Assembly: GCA_046758705.1 (NCBI GenBank)
Contig: JBHIAT010000109.1
Coordinates: 1-12,394, forward strand
DNA: 12,394 nt
Reading direction: 5' to 3'
Source: Candidatus Bipolaricaulia bacterium
GTDB taxonomy: Bacteria > Bipolaricaulota > Bipolaricaulia > JBHIAT01
In this document: piece by piece, positions 1 through 10,121 of the stretch
Layout of the letters: the number at the start of each line of letters is the position of its first letter
Numbering within the stretch: position 1 is the first letter of the stretch
Notes under the pieces: generated by a model
What the model was told of the DNA's origin: nothing
What the model saw: only the letters and a program-made list of their open reading frames with translations
Database searches by the model: none
Translations under genes and position numbers: made by a program

Positions 1-15
1 TGCTTTGCAACTCAA
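1..15 (-). CDS. Probable 5' end of a gene running off the left edge (MSCKA...)
   Basis: Minus strand reads GAGGAAGGAG-TGATC-TTG AGT TGC AAA GCA: a strong Shine-Dalgarno 5 nt before a TTG at 15 (in-frame GTG at 21). Too short to identify. Confidence 0.35.
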
Positions 16-47
16 GATCACTCCTTCCTCAGGTCGAAAAGTGCGAA

Positions 48-83
48 AGTATAGAACAGTTAATAGTGTTAATTAGTTAATAG
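48..83 (-). promoter_or_regulatory. Putative promoter -10 box (TATACT) with three ATTAAC repeats over the -35 region
   Basis: AT-rich patch. TATACT lies on the minus strand at 48-53. GTTAAT occurs at 59, 68 and 76 on the plus strand, and AGTTAATAG is repeated exactly at 58-66 and 75-83. Confidence 0.45.
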
Positions 84-170
84 CCACGCCAGCGTCTAAG
101 AGGTGGGTGGCGATCGAGTGTTTAGAAAGACGGGGCTTCCTCGCCACGATTTCTGTGAAAGTTGCCCGGC

Positions 171-1235
171 TCAGCAGATCCGCGGCAGTTGTTCACCGCT
201 CAACATGTCCACAATGCGGCTGGCGCCGATCTGGCTCTTCATCGTCACCAGGCCTGAGGCGTCCTCCGCCACGCTGCCAATGATGCCCGTCTCGGCACCC
301 AACCGATGCGCGCGCATGACCTCAAGCGCACGCTCGGCATCCGACGATGCAACGAAGGCGACGAACCGCCCTTCGTTGGCCACATAGAGCGGATCCAAAC
401 CCAGAATCTCACACGCACTCTGGACATCTCCACGGACGGGTATGACACGCTCATCGATGTGGATGTGCACGCGGGCCGCCTCAGCAATTTCGATCAGCGC
501 GCTCGCCAGCCCGCCGCGGGTGAGGTCGCGCAGACAGTGAACCTCGACCCCCGCTTCGAGAAGCTCAAGCACCAGCACCGAGACAGCTGCGGAGTCGCTC
601 TCGATCGTGGTTTCGAAGGCCAACCCCTCCCGCACTGCCATGATCGCCATCCCGTGCCGTCCGATATCTCCGTTGAGGAGCACCACATCGCCGGGTCGGA
701 CGTTCCCGGGAGCGATCGAGGTATCGTGCTCGATGATCCCGATGCCGGCCGTGTTGATGAAGATCCCGTCCCCTTTCCCCTTGTCCAAGACCTTGGTATC
801 ACCGGTGACGAGCTGGACGCGGGCGGCTTCCGCCGCGTTCTGCATCGATTGGACGACGCGCCACAGCGTCTCCATAGGTAGGCCCTCTTCAAGGATGAAA
901 CCGGCGCTCAACGACAGCGGCCGGGCTCCACACATCGCCAGATCGTTCACCGTGCCGTTGACCGCCAGCGCCCCAATGTCTCCGCCGGGGAAAAACAGCG
1001 GATGTACGACGTAGGAATCGGTCGTGAACGCCAGCTTCGTCTCACCGAGATCGATGACCGCGCCGTCGTGCCGCTCGTCAAGCTGCGGATTTTGAAACGT
1101 CGGCACGAAGATCTTCTCGATGAGCTGATGCATCAGCTTGCCACCGCCACCGTGCGCCAGCAGTATGTGGGGATACTCGCTGATGGGAATCGGACAGCTG
1201 AGCGTGAACTCCTGTTCCTGTTCCCGTTCCATCAT
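171..1235 (-). CDS. hypE: Hydrogenase maturation carbamoyl dehydratase HypE
   Basis: Motifs [42 protein letters not shown] and the diagnostic C-terminal PRIC. Start moved to the ATG at 1235 (ATGA overlap with the hypD stop) or 1232 (AGGAG SD). Confidence 0.97.
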   Translation of the reverse strand: MMEREQEQEFTLSCPIPISEYPHILLAHGGGGKLMHQLIEKIFVPTFQNPQLDERHDGAVIDLGETKLAFTTDSYVVHPLFFPGGDIGALAVNGTVNDLAMCGARPLSLSAGFILEEGLPMETLWRVVQSMQNAAEAARVQLVTGDTKVLDKGKGDGIFINTAGIGIIEHDTSIAPGNVRPGDVVLLNGDIGRHGMAIMAVREGLAFETTIESDSAAVSVLVLELLEAGVEVHCLRDLTRGGLASALIEIAEAARVHIHIDERVIPVRGDVQSACEILGLDPLYVANEGRFVAFVASSDAERALEVMRAHRLGAETGIIGSVAEDASGLVTMKSQIGASRIVDMLSGEQLPRIC

Positions 1236-2353
1236 CGCTCCTGGGCCGGGGCCGTCTCTTCGGGGATCGTCCGTCTGCGATAACGATAGTAGGCGGCACA
1301 CGCGCCTTCCGACGAAACCATCGTCGCGCCCAGCGGATGCTCAGGGGTACAACGCGTGCCAAACGCAGGGCAGTCGTAGGGTTTTTTCACACCCTGCAGG
1401 ATCAGCCCGCTGATGCATTCCGAAGCTTCCTCGGTCGTATAACCGGCCACGCCAAAGCGCTGTTCCGCGTCAAACTCGACGTACTCCTCGCTCAGCCCTA
1501 ACCCGCTTTGCGGGATCTCGCCCACACCTCGCCACTTGCGGGGGATCACCCGAAATACCTCACGGATGAGCTGTTGGGCCGGCCGGTTCCCTTCCCGGCG
1601 CACCGAACGGGTGTACTGGTTCTCCACCTCAGCTCGCCCTTCCTCCAGTTGCTTGATGCACATATAGACGCCCTGCAAGATGTCCAACGGCTCAAAACCG
1701 GTGACCACGATGGGGACATGGTATTTCTTCGCGATCGGTTCGTACTCGGTGTATCCCATCACCGTGCACACATGTCCCGCCGCCAAAAACCCTTGCACGC
1801 GGTTATTGGACGAACTGAGGATCGCCTCCATGGCTGGAGGGACGAGCACATGGGACACCAGCAGAGAGAAGTTGTTCACGCCCTGCTGGTGTGCCTGATA
1901 GACGGCCATGGCATTGGCGGGGGCGGTCGTCTCAAATCCCACTGCAAAGAAGACCACCTGCTTATCGGGATTTTCCTGGGCGATCTTGAGAGCATCCAGA
2001 GGAGAGTAGACGACTCGGAGGTCGCCGCCGCTCGCCTTGACGGTGAGCAGGTCATTCTCTGTGCCGGGCACCCGCAGCATATCTCCGAAGGAACAGAAGG
2101 TCACGTTGGGACGCGAGGCAATCTCGATCGCCTTATCGATCAGCTCCACCGGGGTAACGCAGACCGGACATCCTGGACCGTGCACCAACGTGATCTCGTC
2201 GGGCAGCAGCTCATCCACCCCGTATCTTACGATCGCATGCGTCTGCCCGCCGCAGACCTCCATGATGGTCCACGGTTCTGTCGTTATGTGGGCGATCGCC
2301 TGGGCAAACTGGTTTGCAGCCTCCGCGTCACGGTACTCGCCGATGAATTTCAC
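1232..2353 (-). CDS. hypD: Hydrogenase maturation protein HypD
   Basis: Motifs [26 protein letters not shown] and C-terminal [17 protein letters not shown]. The GTG start overlaps the hypC stop. Confidence 0.97.
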   Translation of the reverse strand: MKFIGEYRDAEAANQFAQAIAHITTEPWTIMEVCGGQTHAIVRYGVDELLPDEITLVHGPGCPVCVTPVELIDKAIEIASRPNVTFCSFGDMLRVPGTENDLLTVKASGGDLRVVYSPLDALKIAQENPDKQVVFFAVGFETTAPANAMAVYQAHQQGVNNFSLLVSHVLVPPAMEAILSSSNNRVQGFLAAGHVCTVMGYTEYEPIAKKYHVPIVVTGFEPLDILQGVYMCIKQLEEGRAEVENQYTRSVRREGNRPAQQLIREVFRVIPRKWRGVGEIPQSGLGLSEEYVEFDAEQRFGVAGYTTEEASECISGLILQGVKKPYDCPAFGTRCTPEHPLGATMVSSEGACAAYYRYRRRTIPEETAPAQER

Positions 2354-2604
2354 ACAGATCCTTTCCGAAGTTCCTGCAACTCGTCCATCTGTCGAAGGTA
2401 TTCAAAAACCTGAGTGGCTTCCTGTTCATCAAGTGTGCTGATGGCAAAACCGACGTGCACGATCACGTAATCGCCCATGTTTGCCTCCGGCACGTAAGCT
2501 AGGGAGACCTCCCGGATGACGCCGCCAAAGTCGACCTTTCCCGTGCGCATGAGCGGCTCATCGTCGCTGATGTTGACGATCTTTCCCGGAACGGCTAAAC
2601 ACAT
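2350..2604 (-). CDS. hypC: Hydrogenase assembly chaperone HypC/HupF
   Basis: N-terminal MCLAVP and [12 protein letters not shown]; 84 aa; SD AAGGGG upstream. Confidence 0.97.
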   Translation of the reverse strand: MCLAVPGKIVNISDDEPLMRTGKVDFGGVIREVSLAYVPEANMGDYVIVHVGFAISTLDEQEATQVFEYLRQMDELQELRKGSV

Positions 2605-2615
2605 GATTCTTCCCC

Positions 2616-3095
2616 TTACATGGATTGAACCTCTTGCATCACAGACTCTACAAGCTCACCCGCTGCGGTTTCAACCTCTGTAGATAGCTCGGTACCGGCC
2701 TCGAAACTTTTCCCTTCGACACCATAAACGATGAGGCGCGGCGGAAGTTGGCCCAATGCCCGAGCCAGTTCGATCGCCTCAACCACACTGAAGGCATGGG
2801 TGGAGTAGCGAAACAGGTTTGCCGGGATCCTGTGAACATGAGCATCAAACCGATGGATCGTCCCCGGCCCGGCGCTGGAAGATACTGCATCGACCAGGAT
2901 GACCGTGTCTGCACCTTTCCAGGCTTCCATCAACGCGGCCCCCTCGCCTGTCGCTTCGACAACCGTCGTATTGGGGAGACACTTGTTCCTGAGTTTGCGG
3001 GCCACCACCAGTCCGACCCGATCGTCGCCCCGATATCCGTTGCCGATGCCGATGAGAAGAATTTCGGATTTGGAAGTTTGAGCTTCCCCGCTCAT
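2616..3095 (-). CDS. Hydrogenase maturation endopeptidase (HycI/HybD family)
   Basis: Motifs [20 protein letters not shown] and STH. Start reassigned to the ATG at 3095 (ATGA overlap with the large-subunit stop); 159 aa. Confidence 0.93.
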   Translation of the reverse strand: MSGEAQTSKSEILLIGIGNGYRGDDRVGLVVARKLRNKCLPNTTVVEATGEGAALMEAWKGADTVILVDAVSSSAGPGTIHRFDAHVHRIPANLFRYSTHAFSVVEAIELARALGQLPPRLIVYGVEGKSFEAGTELSTEVETAAGELVESVMQEVQSM

Positions 3096-4402
3096 TCCTG
3101 CTCGATCTCCAGCTTCAGAAAGTGGGTTGCACAGGAGATACACGGGTCGTAGTTGCGTATCGCCTGCTCGCACTGCCAGGTGAGCTCATCGTGTGACAGG
3201 TCCAGACGGTCCGGGACGAACTGCCACAGGTCGCTTTCGATGGTCTTCTGATTTTGCGACGTCGGCGGAACGATCTTGGCGTCGAGGATCGCGCCGTTCT
3301 CATCGATGCGGTAGCGATGATAGAGGATGCCGCGTGGCGCCTCGGTGCAGCCGTAGCCGGTTGCCGCTCGTGGTTGAATTTCCACCGCCGGTCTCTCCGG
3401 CATCTCGTACTCGCCGATGATGCGCAACGCTTCGTCACAGGCATACAGGATCTCCACACTGCGAACGATGATGCTTTGAAACGGATTGCGGCACACTGGC
3501 CCGAGCCCTGCATCACGCGCGACCTCCTGGGCTAGCGGGGAAAGTTTGTCAAAGTTCAGGTTGTAACGGGCCAGTGGGCCGACAAAGTAGGCATCCCGTT
3601 CCTCGAGCACAGAATGCAACGCATTCGAATAGGAGACGTGCTCCTCGACGAAGTGGTCGTCGTAATCGCGCACGGCGATATCCAGACCTCGGTTCGAAAC
3701 CAGCCGGCCTTCGTTGAACGGGTATTCATCGGGATGGCGCAGCGCGACGAACTCATACTCCTGCTCGAACTCCGGGAACGGCAGCGTGGCAGCCCAACGA
3801 ACGGTTTCCAAAGCCGCATCCCGTGCCCACTTGAGCCGTTCTGCAACCGGAGCAAGCTCCCGCTTGGTCGGCAGCTTGTAGAAGCCGCTGACACGCACGT
3901 TAATAGGATGGATCTCTCTGCCGCCCAGGAGGGTGACCAGTTCGTTCCCTGCCTTTTTCAACTGCAGGCCGCGTTGGACGATCTCGGGATAGTCCTTAGC
4001 CATATGGATCGCGCTCTCGTAGCCGAGGAAGTCCGGCCCATGGAGCATGTAGACGTGAAGCGTATGGCTCTCTATCCACTCCCCACAGTAGACAAGGCGG
4101 CGCAGTGCGCGGAGTTGGCCATCAACGGTGACGCCAAACGCATCTTCCATGGCATGCACCGCACTCATCTGGTAGGCGATGGGACAGATGCCACAGATGC
4201 GGGCGGTGATGTCAGGGGCTTCGTTGAAGCGACGTCCACGCAACAACGCCTCGAAGAACCGCGGCGGCTCGAAGATCTTGAGCTTGACATCCACCACCGT
4301 GTCGTCTTTGACCTTCACATACAGCGCGCCTTCGCCTTCGACGCGGGCCAAGTAACCCACCTTGATCGTTCGGGTTCCGGTTTTAGCTTTGGCTTTTTTC
4401 AT
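3092..4402 (-). CDS. hydA: Group 3b [NiFe]-hydrogenase large (alpha) subunit
   Basis: ARVEGEG, L1 motif RICGICP, EAPRG, PPTSQN, and L2 motif DPCISCATH followed by a 9-aa cleavable tail. All four ligands are Cys (no Sec). Start likely at the ATG at 4402. Confidence 0.95.
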   Translation of the reverse strand: MKKAKAKTGTRTIKVGYLARVEGEGALYVKVKDDTVVDVKLKIFEPPRFFEALLRGRRFNEAPDITARICGICPIAYQMSAVHAMEDAFGVTVDGQLRALRRLVYCGEWIESHTLHVYMLHGPDFLGYESAIHMAKDYPEIVQRGLQLKKAGNELVTLLGGREIHPINVRVSGFYKLPTKRELAPVAERLKWARDAALETVRWAATLPFPEFEQEYEFVALRHPDEYPFNEGRLVSNRGLDIAVRDYDDHFVEEHVSYSNALHSVLEERDAYFVGPLARYNLNFDKLSPLAQEVARDAGLGPVCRNPFQSIIVRSVEILYACDEALRIIGEYEMPERPAVEIQPRAATGYGCTEAPRGILYHRYRIDENGAILDAKIVPPTSQNQKTIESDLWQFVPDRLDLSHDELTWQCEQAIRNYDPCISCATHFLKLEIEQE

Positions 4403-5171
4403 GCGCTTCACTCGCTTTGCGGAACGGTTCGGCGTAGGCGTTGAATCCTCGGAACGCGCGCACGATATCCCCTTCTTTGACCCCAAGACGGCTCCACCAT
4501 CGGCTCAACGAATCCGTATTCGGCGTCTCCATCGGACCAAAGCACCCGTAGCAACCGCGATGATACGCCGGGCAGATCGCACCGCACCCGGCGTGGGTGA
4601 CCGGTCCAAGGCACGGCGTGCCGTGCGCCACCATCACACAGACGGTTCCGCGCTGCTTGCACTCGATGCAGACGCTGTGCGGCGGCGTGTTCGGTCTGCG
4701 TCCATGCAGAAACGCGCTGATGACCTCAACGAGCTGCTGTTTGTTGATGGGGCAGCCGCGCAGTTCAAAATCGACCTTCACATGATCGGCAATCGGTGTG
4801 GATTTGTCCAGCGTGCTGATGTACTCCGGCGTGGCGTACACGATGCTGACGAACTCGTTCACATCCTTGAAGTTGCGCAGCGCTTGAATGCCGCCAGCGG
4901 TGGCGCACGCGCCGATGGTCACCAGGAACTTGGAGGTGCGACGCACCTGTTGAATGCGCTTGGCATCATGGGGCGTCGTGATCGAGCCCTCGACGAGCGA
5001 AAGATCGTAGGGACCCTTCACCACGGCACGCGAGGCTTCAGGAAAGTTTGCAATCTCCACCTCACCGGCCACCGCAAGCAGCTCGTCCTCGCAGTCCAGG
5101 AGGCTTAACTGACAGCCATCGCACGAGGCGAACTTCCAGACGGCGAGCTTCGGTTTGCGCTTGTTTGCCAT
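4383..5171 (-). CDS. hydD: Group 3b [NiFe]-hydrogenase small (delta) subunit
   Basis: [22 protein letters not shown], and distal Fe-S cysteines (CIEC, CLGPVT..GC...CP, CYGC). No Tat signal is visible, so it is probably cytoplasmic. Confidence 0.93.
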   Translation of the reverse strand: MANKRKPKLAVWKFASCDGCQLSLLDCEDELLAVAGEVEIANFPEASRAVVKGPYDLSLVEGSITTPHDAKRIQQVRRTSKFLVTIGACATAGGIQALRNFKDVNEFVSIVYATPEYISTLDKSTPIADHVKVDFELRGCPINKQQLVEVISAFLHGRRPNTPPHSVCIECKQRGTVCVMVAHGTPCLGPVTHAGCGAICPAYHRGCYGCFGPMETPNTDSLSRWWSRLGVKEGDIVRAFRGFNAYAEPFRKASEAHEKSQS

Positions 5172-5172
5172 G

Positions 5173-6018
5173 CTAAATCTCCCGCATTCTGAAGAACGGC
5201 TGGATTCGATCGTAGCGAAACACCGGACCGTCCTTGCAGATGAACGTTGGACCGAACTGGCAGTGTCCGCAAAAACCTACGGCGCATTTCATGTTGCGTT
5301 CCATGGAGATAAATATGTCGTCTGCCCTTACGCCGCGCTTCTGGAGTTCCACGATCGTGAAGCGCATCATCACCTCAGGACCGCAGACCATTGCCACCGC
5401 GCTGAACGGATCAAACCGCGCTCTGGGTATGAGCGTGGTCACAACGCCCACATTGCCGCGCCAATCCCCCATGGCACTGTCGACGGTGATGTCTACGTCG
5501 AGATCAAAGCGCCCGCGCCATCGATGAAGCTTGCGGTTGTAGAGCAAGTCCTGCGGAGTTCGGGTGCCATAAAGGAGGACGATTCTGCCGTACTGATCCC
5601 GGTCTGAAAGGAGATGGTACAGTGCCGGTCGCAGCGGTGCCAATCCGATTCCTCCGGCCACGATCACGACATCGCTTCCCCGGGCTTCCTCAACCGGCCA
5701 ATAGCTTCCGAACGGCCCGCGCACCCCGACCCGATCACCGCGCTTCAGCTTACAAATTGCCTGGGTTATCGTTCCCACCGTGCGCACCGTGTGCACCAGC
5801 GTCTGTGGTTGCGTCGGGTCGCCGCTGATGGAGATCGGAACCTCGCCCATGCCGAACACGTAGAGCATGTTGAACTGCCCAGCAGCAAACGAAAATCGGT
5901 CAGCGCCGTCCGCCGGTTCGAGCACGAGCGTCCACGTATCATGCGTCTCTTTCGTCACCCGCTGAACCAGAAACGGCCGGGGAAGCATCGGGTCCGGAAC
6001 GGGGGCGGTTGTCATCAT
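5173..6018 (-). CDS. hydG: Group 3b hydrogenase gamma subunit (FAD/NAD(P)-binding, [2Fe-2S])
   Basis: [25 protein letters not shown] and [14 protein letters not shown]...C. Start uncertain (ATG at 6018, 6015 or 6063). Confidence 0.9.
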   Translation of the reverse strand: MMTTAPVPDPMLPRPFLVQRVTKETHDTWTLVLEPADGADRFSFAAGQFNMLYVFGMGEVPISISGDPTQPQTLVHTVRTVGTITQAICKLKRGDRVGVRGPFGSYWPVEEARGSDVVIVAGGIGLAPLRPALYHLLSDRDQYGRIVLLYGTRTPQDLLYNRKLHRWRGRFDLDVDITVDSAMGDWRGNVGVVTTLIPRARFDPFSAVAMVCGPEVMMRFTIVELQKRGVRADDIFISMERNMKCAVGFCGHCQFGPTFICKDGPVFRYDRIQPFFRMREI

Positions 6019-6046
6019 CTGTGTATCTGCATCTGTATCCGTCTGT

Positions 6047-6508
6047 TCAAGAGTGAACACCATAGAGATCCAAAAGTTGCAGTTGGGTGGCTTGAAGCCG
6101 CTGCATAATGATGTCAGCAAATTCTTTCAGGAGTTCGTAACCCAGATCGTGGTCTTCCTCACACTTGGTGCGCAGGCATTCCCCATCGAGGGCAATGGCC
6201 CGTGTGAGTTCGATGGTCCGGGCGTCAAAATGCCAGCGGTACGGCGGGAGGAGCCACGACCAACCCAGAACTTCTCCTTCCCCTATGGTCTGAATGGTGA
6301 TAGGGCCGCGTTCAGGGGTGGATATTTCCAGCGCTACACGGCCGTGGCGTATCAGATAAAATTGGTTGGCTTCGTCACCCTCGCAGAAGATAAACTGTCC
6401 GGCGTCGAAGCGCACATTGGACGCGCATCCGACCAACAGTTCCAGATATTTCGGATCCAACTCCTCGAAGAACGGATGCTCTGCTAAAATGCGTTCAAGT
6501 GTCTCCAT
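6047..6508 (-). CDS. Stand-alone cyclic-nucleotide-binding-fold protein (no HTH), 153 aa
   Basis: HPFF...[22 protein letters not shown] and IGEGEVLG match the cNMP beta-barrel pattern. The protein ends after the C-helix. GGAG SD lies 7 nt before the ATG at 6508. Confidence 0.88.
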   Translation of the reverse strand: METLERILAEHPFFEELDPKYLELLVGCASNVRFDAGQFIFCEGDEANQFYLIRHGRVALEISTPERGPITIQTIGEGEVLGWSWLLPPYRWHFDARTIELTRAIALDGECLRTKCEEDHDLGYELLKEFADIIMQRLQATQLQLLDLYGVHS

Positions 6509-7667
6509 CAGCATTCTCCCCTTTTTTGATCTGTTCACCTTCACTCTCCCGGATGGCGCGGACCTCTTCGGTAATGTCGATGGCCACCGGGCACCAGGTG
6601 ATACATCGTCCGCACCCAACGCAGCCCGAGGTGCCGAACTGGTCGATCCAGGTCGCCAGTTTGTGGGTCATCCATTGACGATAGCGAGCCTTCGCCGAAG
6701 CGCGGACGCTGCCGCCGTGAATGTAAGAGAAATCCATCGTGAAGCACGAGTCCCACTTGCGCCAGCGCTCGGCATGCTCGCCCGTCAGGTCGGTGACGTC
6801 TTCCACGGTGGTACAAAAGCATGTCGGGCAGACCATCGTACAGTTGCCGCACGTCAGACACCGCGATGCGACATCGTCCCAACGCGGATGCTCGTAGTTG
6901 CGATAGAGCAACCCTTTGATGTCAGTGGTGTCCATGATCCGACCCATCTGCCCGGCGGCCTTCGTCACGACGTGCTCGGCAGCCCGCTTCTCCTCCTCCA
7001 GCATCTTCCGATGCGGAACCTCACCGAGAACCTCTGTGCCCAGCTCGGTGCCGACCTCGACCACAAAGACGTGTCGGTCGGCCTCCAGCACCTCGGTCAA
7101 AGCCAGATCGAACCCGAACGTTGCCTTCGGTCCCGTGTTCATCGATACACAGAAGCACGTTCCGCCGGCCTGTCCGCAGTTGACCGCCACGATAAACGCG
7201 TTCTCGCGTCGCGATTGATAAGTGGGATCGACGTATTTTCCGTTTATGAAGACCTTGTCTTGAACGGCGATGGCGTGTAGCTCACACGATCGCACGCCGA
7301 TCAATGCGAACTTGGGTGGCTCCTCGTTCTCCGTAACCATTTGAAAGCCGTCGTCATCGCGTTTGGCCTGCCACAAGCGCATCACCGGCGGATGCAGAAA
7401 CTTTTTCCACGAGTGCGGGCCGACGACGTAACCGAAGAGCGCCTCATCGTCGCGCTTCTTCAGACGATAGGTGCCGCCGTCCTGTTCATCCGTCCAGCCG
7501 ACGGGCAGATCGGCAGTAGAGGTCAGCTCGTCATATACGATAGCGCCATCACGAACGGTGGGGCCGACGATCTGATATCCCCGCCCGCTCAGTGCATCGA
7601 ACAGCCGCTGGAGATCGCGGCGTTCGACAACGACCTGATCGCCGACTTGCAGAGATGATCCTGCCAT
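6495..7667 (-). CDS. hydB: Group 3b hydrogenase beta subunit (4Fe-4S, AsrA/HydB-like)
   Basis: [11 protein letters not shown]...[31 protein letters not shown] and [12 protein letters not shown]; located in the hydrogenase cluster. Confidence 0.92.
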   Translation of the reverse strand: MAGSSLQVGDQVVVERRDLQRLFDALSGRGYQIVGPTVRDGAIVYDELTSTADLPVGWTDEQDGGTYRLKKRDDEALFGYVVGPHSWKKFLHPPVMRLWQAKRDDDGFQMVTENEEPPKFALIGVRSCELHAIAVQDKVFINGKYVDPTYQSRRENAFIVAVNCGQAGGTCFCVSMNTGPKATFGFDLALTEVLEADRHVFVVEVGTELGTEVLGEVPHRKMLEEEKRAAEHVVTKAAGQMGRIMDTTDIKGLLYRNYEHPRWDDVASRCLTCGNCTMVCPTCFCTTVEDVTDLTGEHAERWRKWDSCFTMDFSYIHGGSVRASAKARYRQWMTHKLATWIDQFGTSGCVGCGRCITWCPVAIDITEEVRAIRESEGEQIKKGENADGDT

Positions 7668-7691
7668 CTTTTTAACGATTACGATTGCAGA

Positions 7692-9689
7692 CTATTCCCT
7701 GCCTTGAATTAACGCCTCCACCACTGTCTGATCGGCCAACGTCGACGTATCTCCGATCTCGTCCACCTCTCCGGCGGCGATCTTCCGCAGGATCCGACGC
7801 ATGATCTTCCCCGATCGTGTCTTTGGCAGATCGTTGGAAAATTGGATCTTGTCCGGCGTCGCTATCGGGCTGATCTCTTTGCGTACGTGCCCGATCAACT
7901 CCTTCTTCAGATTATCTGAAGCTTCGTGCTCTTGCTTTAACGTCACATAAGAGTAGATTCCCTGTCCCTTGATCTCATGGGGAAAACCGACCACCGCCGC
8001 CTCCGCCACACTCTCATGAGAGACCAACGCACTCTCGATCTCGGCGGTCGCCAGTCGATGTCCTGATACGTTGAGCACATCGTCGATGCGTCCCATCAGC
8101 CAATAAAATCCATCCTCATCGATGCGACATCCGTCGCCCGTGTAATACTTCCCCGGGAACATCGAGAAGTACACCTGCTTGATCAGCTCGTTCTTGTTAT
8201 CCCCATAGACCCCTCGGATCATCCCCGGCCACGGCTTCGTGATCACCAATGCGCCACCCTCATTCACATCGGTGACCGAACCATCCGATCTCAACACCTC
8301 CGGCACCACCCCGAAGAACGGCTTCGACGCCGACCCCGGTTTGGTGGGAATCGCCCCCGGTAGCGGCGTGATCAGGATCCCTCCCGTCTCCGTCTGCCAC
8401 CAGGTATCGACGATCGGAAGGCGCTCCTTACCGATCACCCGGTGGTACCACATCCACGCCTCCGGGTTGATCGGTTCTCCCACCGTCCCTAGAATTCGGA
8501 TGCTGGACAGATCGCGTCGATTGGGCCACTCCTCTCCCAACCTCATCAGCGCACGTATCGCTGTAGGCGCGGTGTAAAACACGGTGACCCGATAGTCGTC
8601 TACGATCTTCCAAAACCGATCCGGCTCCGGATACGTGGGGATGCCCTCGAACATCAACACCGTTGCCCCATTGGACAGCGGTCCGTAGACAATGTACGAA
8701 TGCCCGGTGACCCAGCCGATGTCAGCCGTGCACCAGAAGAGATCCTCATCCTTGAGGTCGAAGATCCACTTGGTGGTGAGGTGGACATGGACCAGATACC
8801 CCCCGGTGGTGTGCAGCACCCCTTTGGGCTTGCCGGTGCTTCCGCTGGTGTAGAGGATGAACAGAGGAGCTTCGGCATCTATCGCCACCGGCTCGCATTG
8901 GGTGGTGATCTCGTCCGCGTTCATCTCCTCATGCCACCACCGGTCTCGGTCCGGTTGCATTGGTGTCTCGATCCCGAGCCGCTTGACCACAATCACCCGC
9001 TCGACCTCTGGGCAATCCTTGAGCGCGGCGTCGGCTGCCTCTTTGCATTTGACGGCCCGGCCGCCACGATAATAACCGTCAGCAGTGACGAGGAACTTGG
9101 CCCCACAGTCCAGGATCCGATCCCGCAAAGCGTCCGCACTGAACGCCGAAAAGACGACCGAATGGATGGCGCCGATCCGGGCACAGGCGAGCATGGCGAT
9201 CGGCAGCTCCGGAATCATCGGCAAAAACAGGGTGACGACGTCGCCCTTCTTGACACCGTGGCTTTTGAGCACGTTGGCAAACCGACAGACCTCGGTGTGG
9301 AGCTGTTGGTAGGTCAACGTACGCCGTTCCCCATCCGGCTCCCCCTGCCAGAAGAGCGCAACTTTGTTCCGCCTCCAGGTGCTCAAATGGCGGTCCAGGC
9401 AGTTGTAACTGATGTTCAGTTGGCCGCCCCGGAAGAACTCGACATAGGGACCCTTTCGCTCACCGATAGACGAGAAGTCATACTCCAACACGCGATCCCA
9501 TTTCTTGAACCAGTCAATGTGGGCCTCGGCCTGTCTTCCCCAGAACCCTTCCGGATCCTCCACGGACTCCTGGTAAAGTTTTTCATATTCTTCGAAGCTT
9601 TTGATGTAAGCTTGGCCGCTCAACTCTTTCGGAGGGTAAAAGATCCGCTCTTCTTTCATCGTTGATGCGATCTCTTGTTCTTTTTGCAC
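7692..9689 (-). CDS. acs: Acetyl-CoA synthetase (AMP-forming)
   Basis: [48 protein letters not shown] and [11 protein letters not shown] (acetylatable Lys). GTG 9689 is preferred to 9698 because GGAGG lies 8 nt upstream of it. Confidence 0.97.
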   Translation of the reverse strand: MQKEQEIASTMKEERIFYPPKELSGQAYIKSFEEYEKLYQESVEDPEGFWGRQAEAHIDWFKKWDRVLEYDFSSIGERKGPYVEFFRGGQLNISYNCLDRHLSTWRRNKVALFWQGEPDGERRTLTYQQLHTEVCRFANVLKSHGVKKGDVVTLFLPMIPELPIAMLACARIGAIHSVVFSAFSADALRDRILDCGAKFLVTADGYYRGGRAVKCKEAADAALKDCPEVERVIVVKRLGIETPMQPDRDRWWHEEMNADEITTQCEPVAIDAEAPLFILYTSGSTGKPKGVLHTTGGYLVHVHLTTKWIFDLKDEDLFWCTADIGWVTGHSYIVYGPLSNGATVLMFEGIPTYPEPDRFWKIVDDYRVTVFYTAPTAIRALMRLGEEWPNRRDLSSIRILGTVGEPINPEAWMWYHRVIGKERLPIVDTWWQTETGGILITPLPGAIPTKPGSASKPFFGVVPEVLRSDGSVTDVNEGGALVITKPWPGMIRGVYGDNKNELIKQVYFSMFPGKYYTGDGCRIDEDGFYWLMGRIDDVLNVSGHRLATAEIESALVSHESVAEAAVVGFPHEIKGQGIYSYVTLKQEHEASDNLKKELIGHVRKEISPIATPDKIQFSNDLPKTRSGKIMRRILRKIAAGEVDEIGDTSTLADQTVVEALIQGRE

Positions 9690-9774
9690 AGCGATCACCT
9701 CCCAGTTCTAATTCCAAGCATCTACCGACCCCATGGTATGATATGGGTTTCCAGTCTGCGCTCCAATGATCTAT

Positions 9775-9802
9775 ATCATACCTAAACGATGATCTTTGTC
9801 AA
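9775..9802 (-). promoter_or_regulatory. Sigma70-type promoter for acs (and possibly the hydrogenase genes)
   Basis: Minus strand TTGACA (9802-9797), 16 bp, TATGAT (9780-9775). Confidence 0.7.
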
Positions 9803-9868
9803 ATCACCGCTTCAGTCAGGAATTGGATCCGACGCAGCCTCACATGCTCAACTGGCAGTTCTTGTGGA

Positions 9869-10014
9869 GAGTTTCGCCCTGGTGGCGCCGCTGGTTTGGG
9901 AGAGGGGGGCGGTGGAAACCGGCTACGGTTGGCCTAGTGAGGCACCCTTCAACCGAAAGGGAAGGGAAACGGATATGGCCAACCTAAGGGCAAGGCGCCA
10001 CCGCTCTACTCTAC
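9869..10014 (+). mobile_element. Orphan 3' fragment of a group II intron (degenerate domain V plus extended domain VI)
   Basis: GGTTTGGGAGAGGGG resembles a DV/DVI junction. GGGCGGTGG (9907-9915) pairs with CCACCGCTC (9998-10006). Inner stems are GGTTGGCC/GGCCAACC and CCCTTC/GAAGGG, capped by ccGAAAgg. It ends TACTCTAC, with a bulge-able A seventh from the terminal AC. No RT ORF is present. Confidence 0.75.
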
Positions 10015-10059
10015 ACCATTCTACCTGGTATACGTATTACTCAGCCTTAGAAAACTCGT

Positions 10060-10088
10060 TTGAGGAAGAGTGGAAGCAGTGGTAGAAT
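10060..10088 (+). promoter_or_regulatory. Sigma70-type promoter for the DUF151 gene
   Basis: TTGAGG, 17 bp, TAGAAT with an extended TGn. SD GAGGAGGAGG precedes the ATG at 10122. Confidence 0.6.
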
Positions 10089-10121
10089 AGAGTTGCCCAA
10101 CCACGAGGAGGAGGGTTTCTC

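Noticed and set aside
3092..3150. Selenocysteine ([NiFeSe]) hydrogenase
   Set aside because: The L2 motif has ordinary Cys codons (DPCISC) and no in-frame TGA.
6013..6046. Short repeats at the gamma-subunit start (and TTCCTG repeats near 1209-1230)
   Set aside because: Low-complexity, imperfect and too short for CRISPR or functional tandem repeats.
5173..7667. Anaerobic sulfite reductase AsrA/AsrB
   Set aside because: The folds are homologous, but there is no siroheme AsrC and the neighbours are NiFe hydrogenase subunits.
7668..7691. Zur-box-like AATCGTAATCGTTA (minus strand) between acs and hydB
   Set aside because: Only a partial match, not a full palindrome, with no adjacent promoter.
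245..9665. Long antisense and off-frame ORFs (e.g. 1508-2413, 3614-4444, 4362-5108, 6366-7280, 8700-9665)
   Set aside because: They shadow well-supported genes, show no recognisable motifs and are expected from GC-rich codon bias.
9840..10016. Riboswitch, 6S RNA, SRP RNA or hammerhead ribozyme
   Set aside because: I could not find the core motifs (e.g. hammerhead CUGANGA, SRP GGAA-loop helix, cobalamin, glycine or NiCo consensus). The element lies outside both predicted 5' UTRs, and a group II domain VI explains it better.
9789..10085. 98-aa and 63-aa ORFs in the acs-DUF151 spacer
   Set aside because: No SD or motifs, and they overlap promoters and the structured intron remnant.
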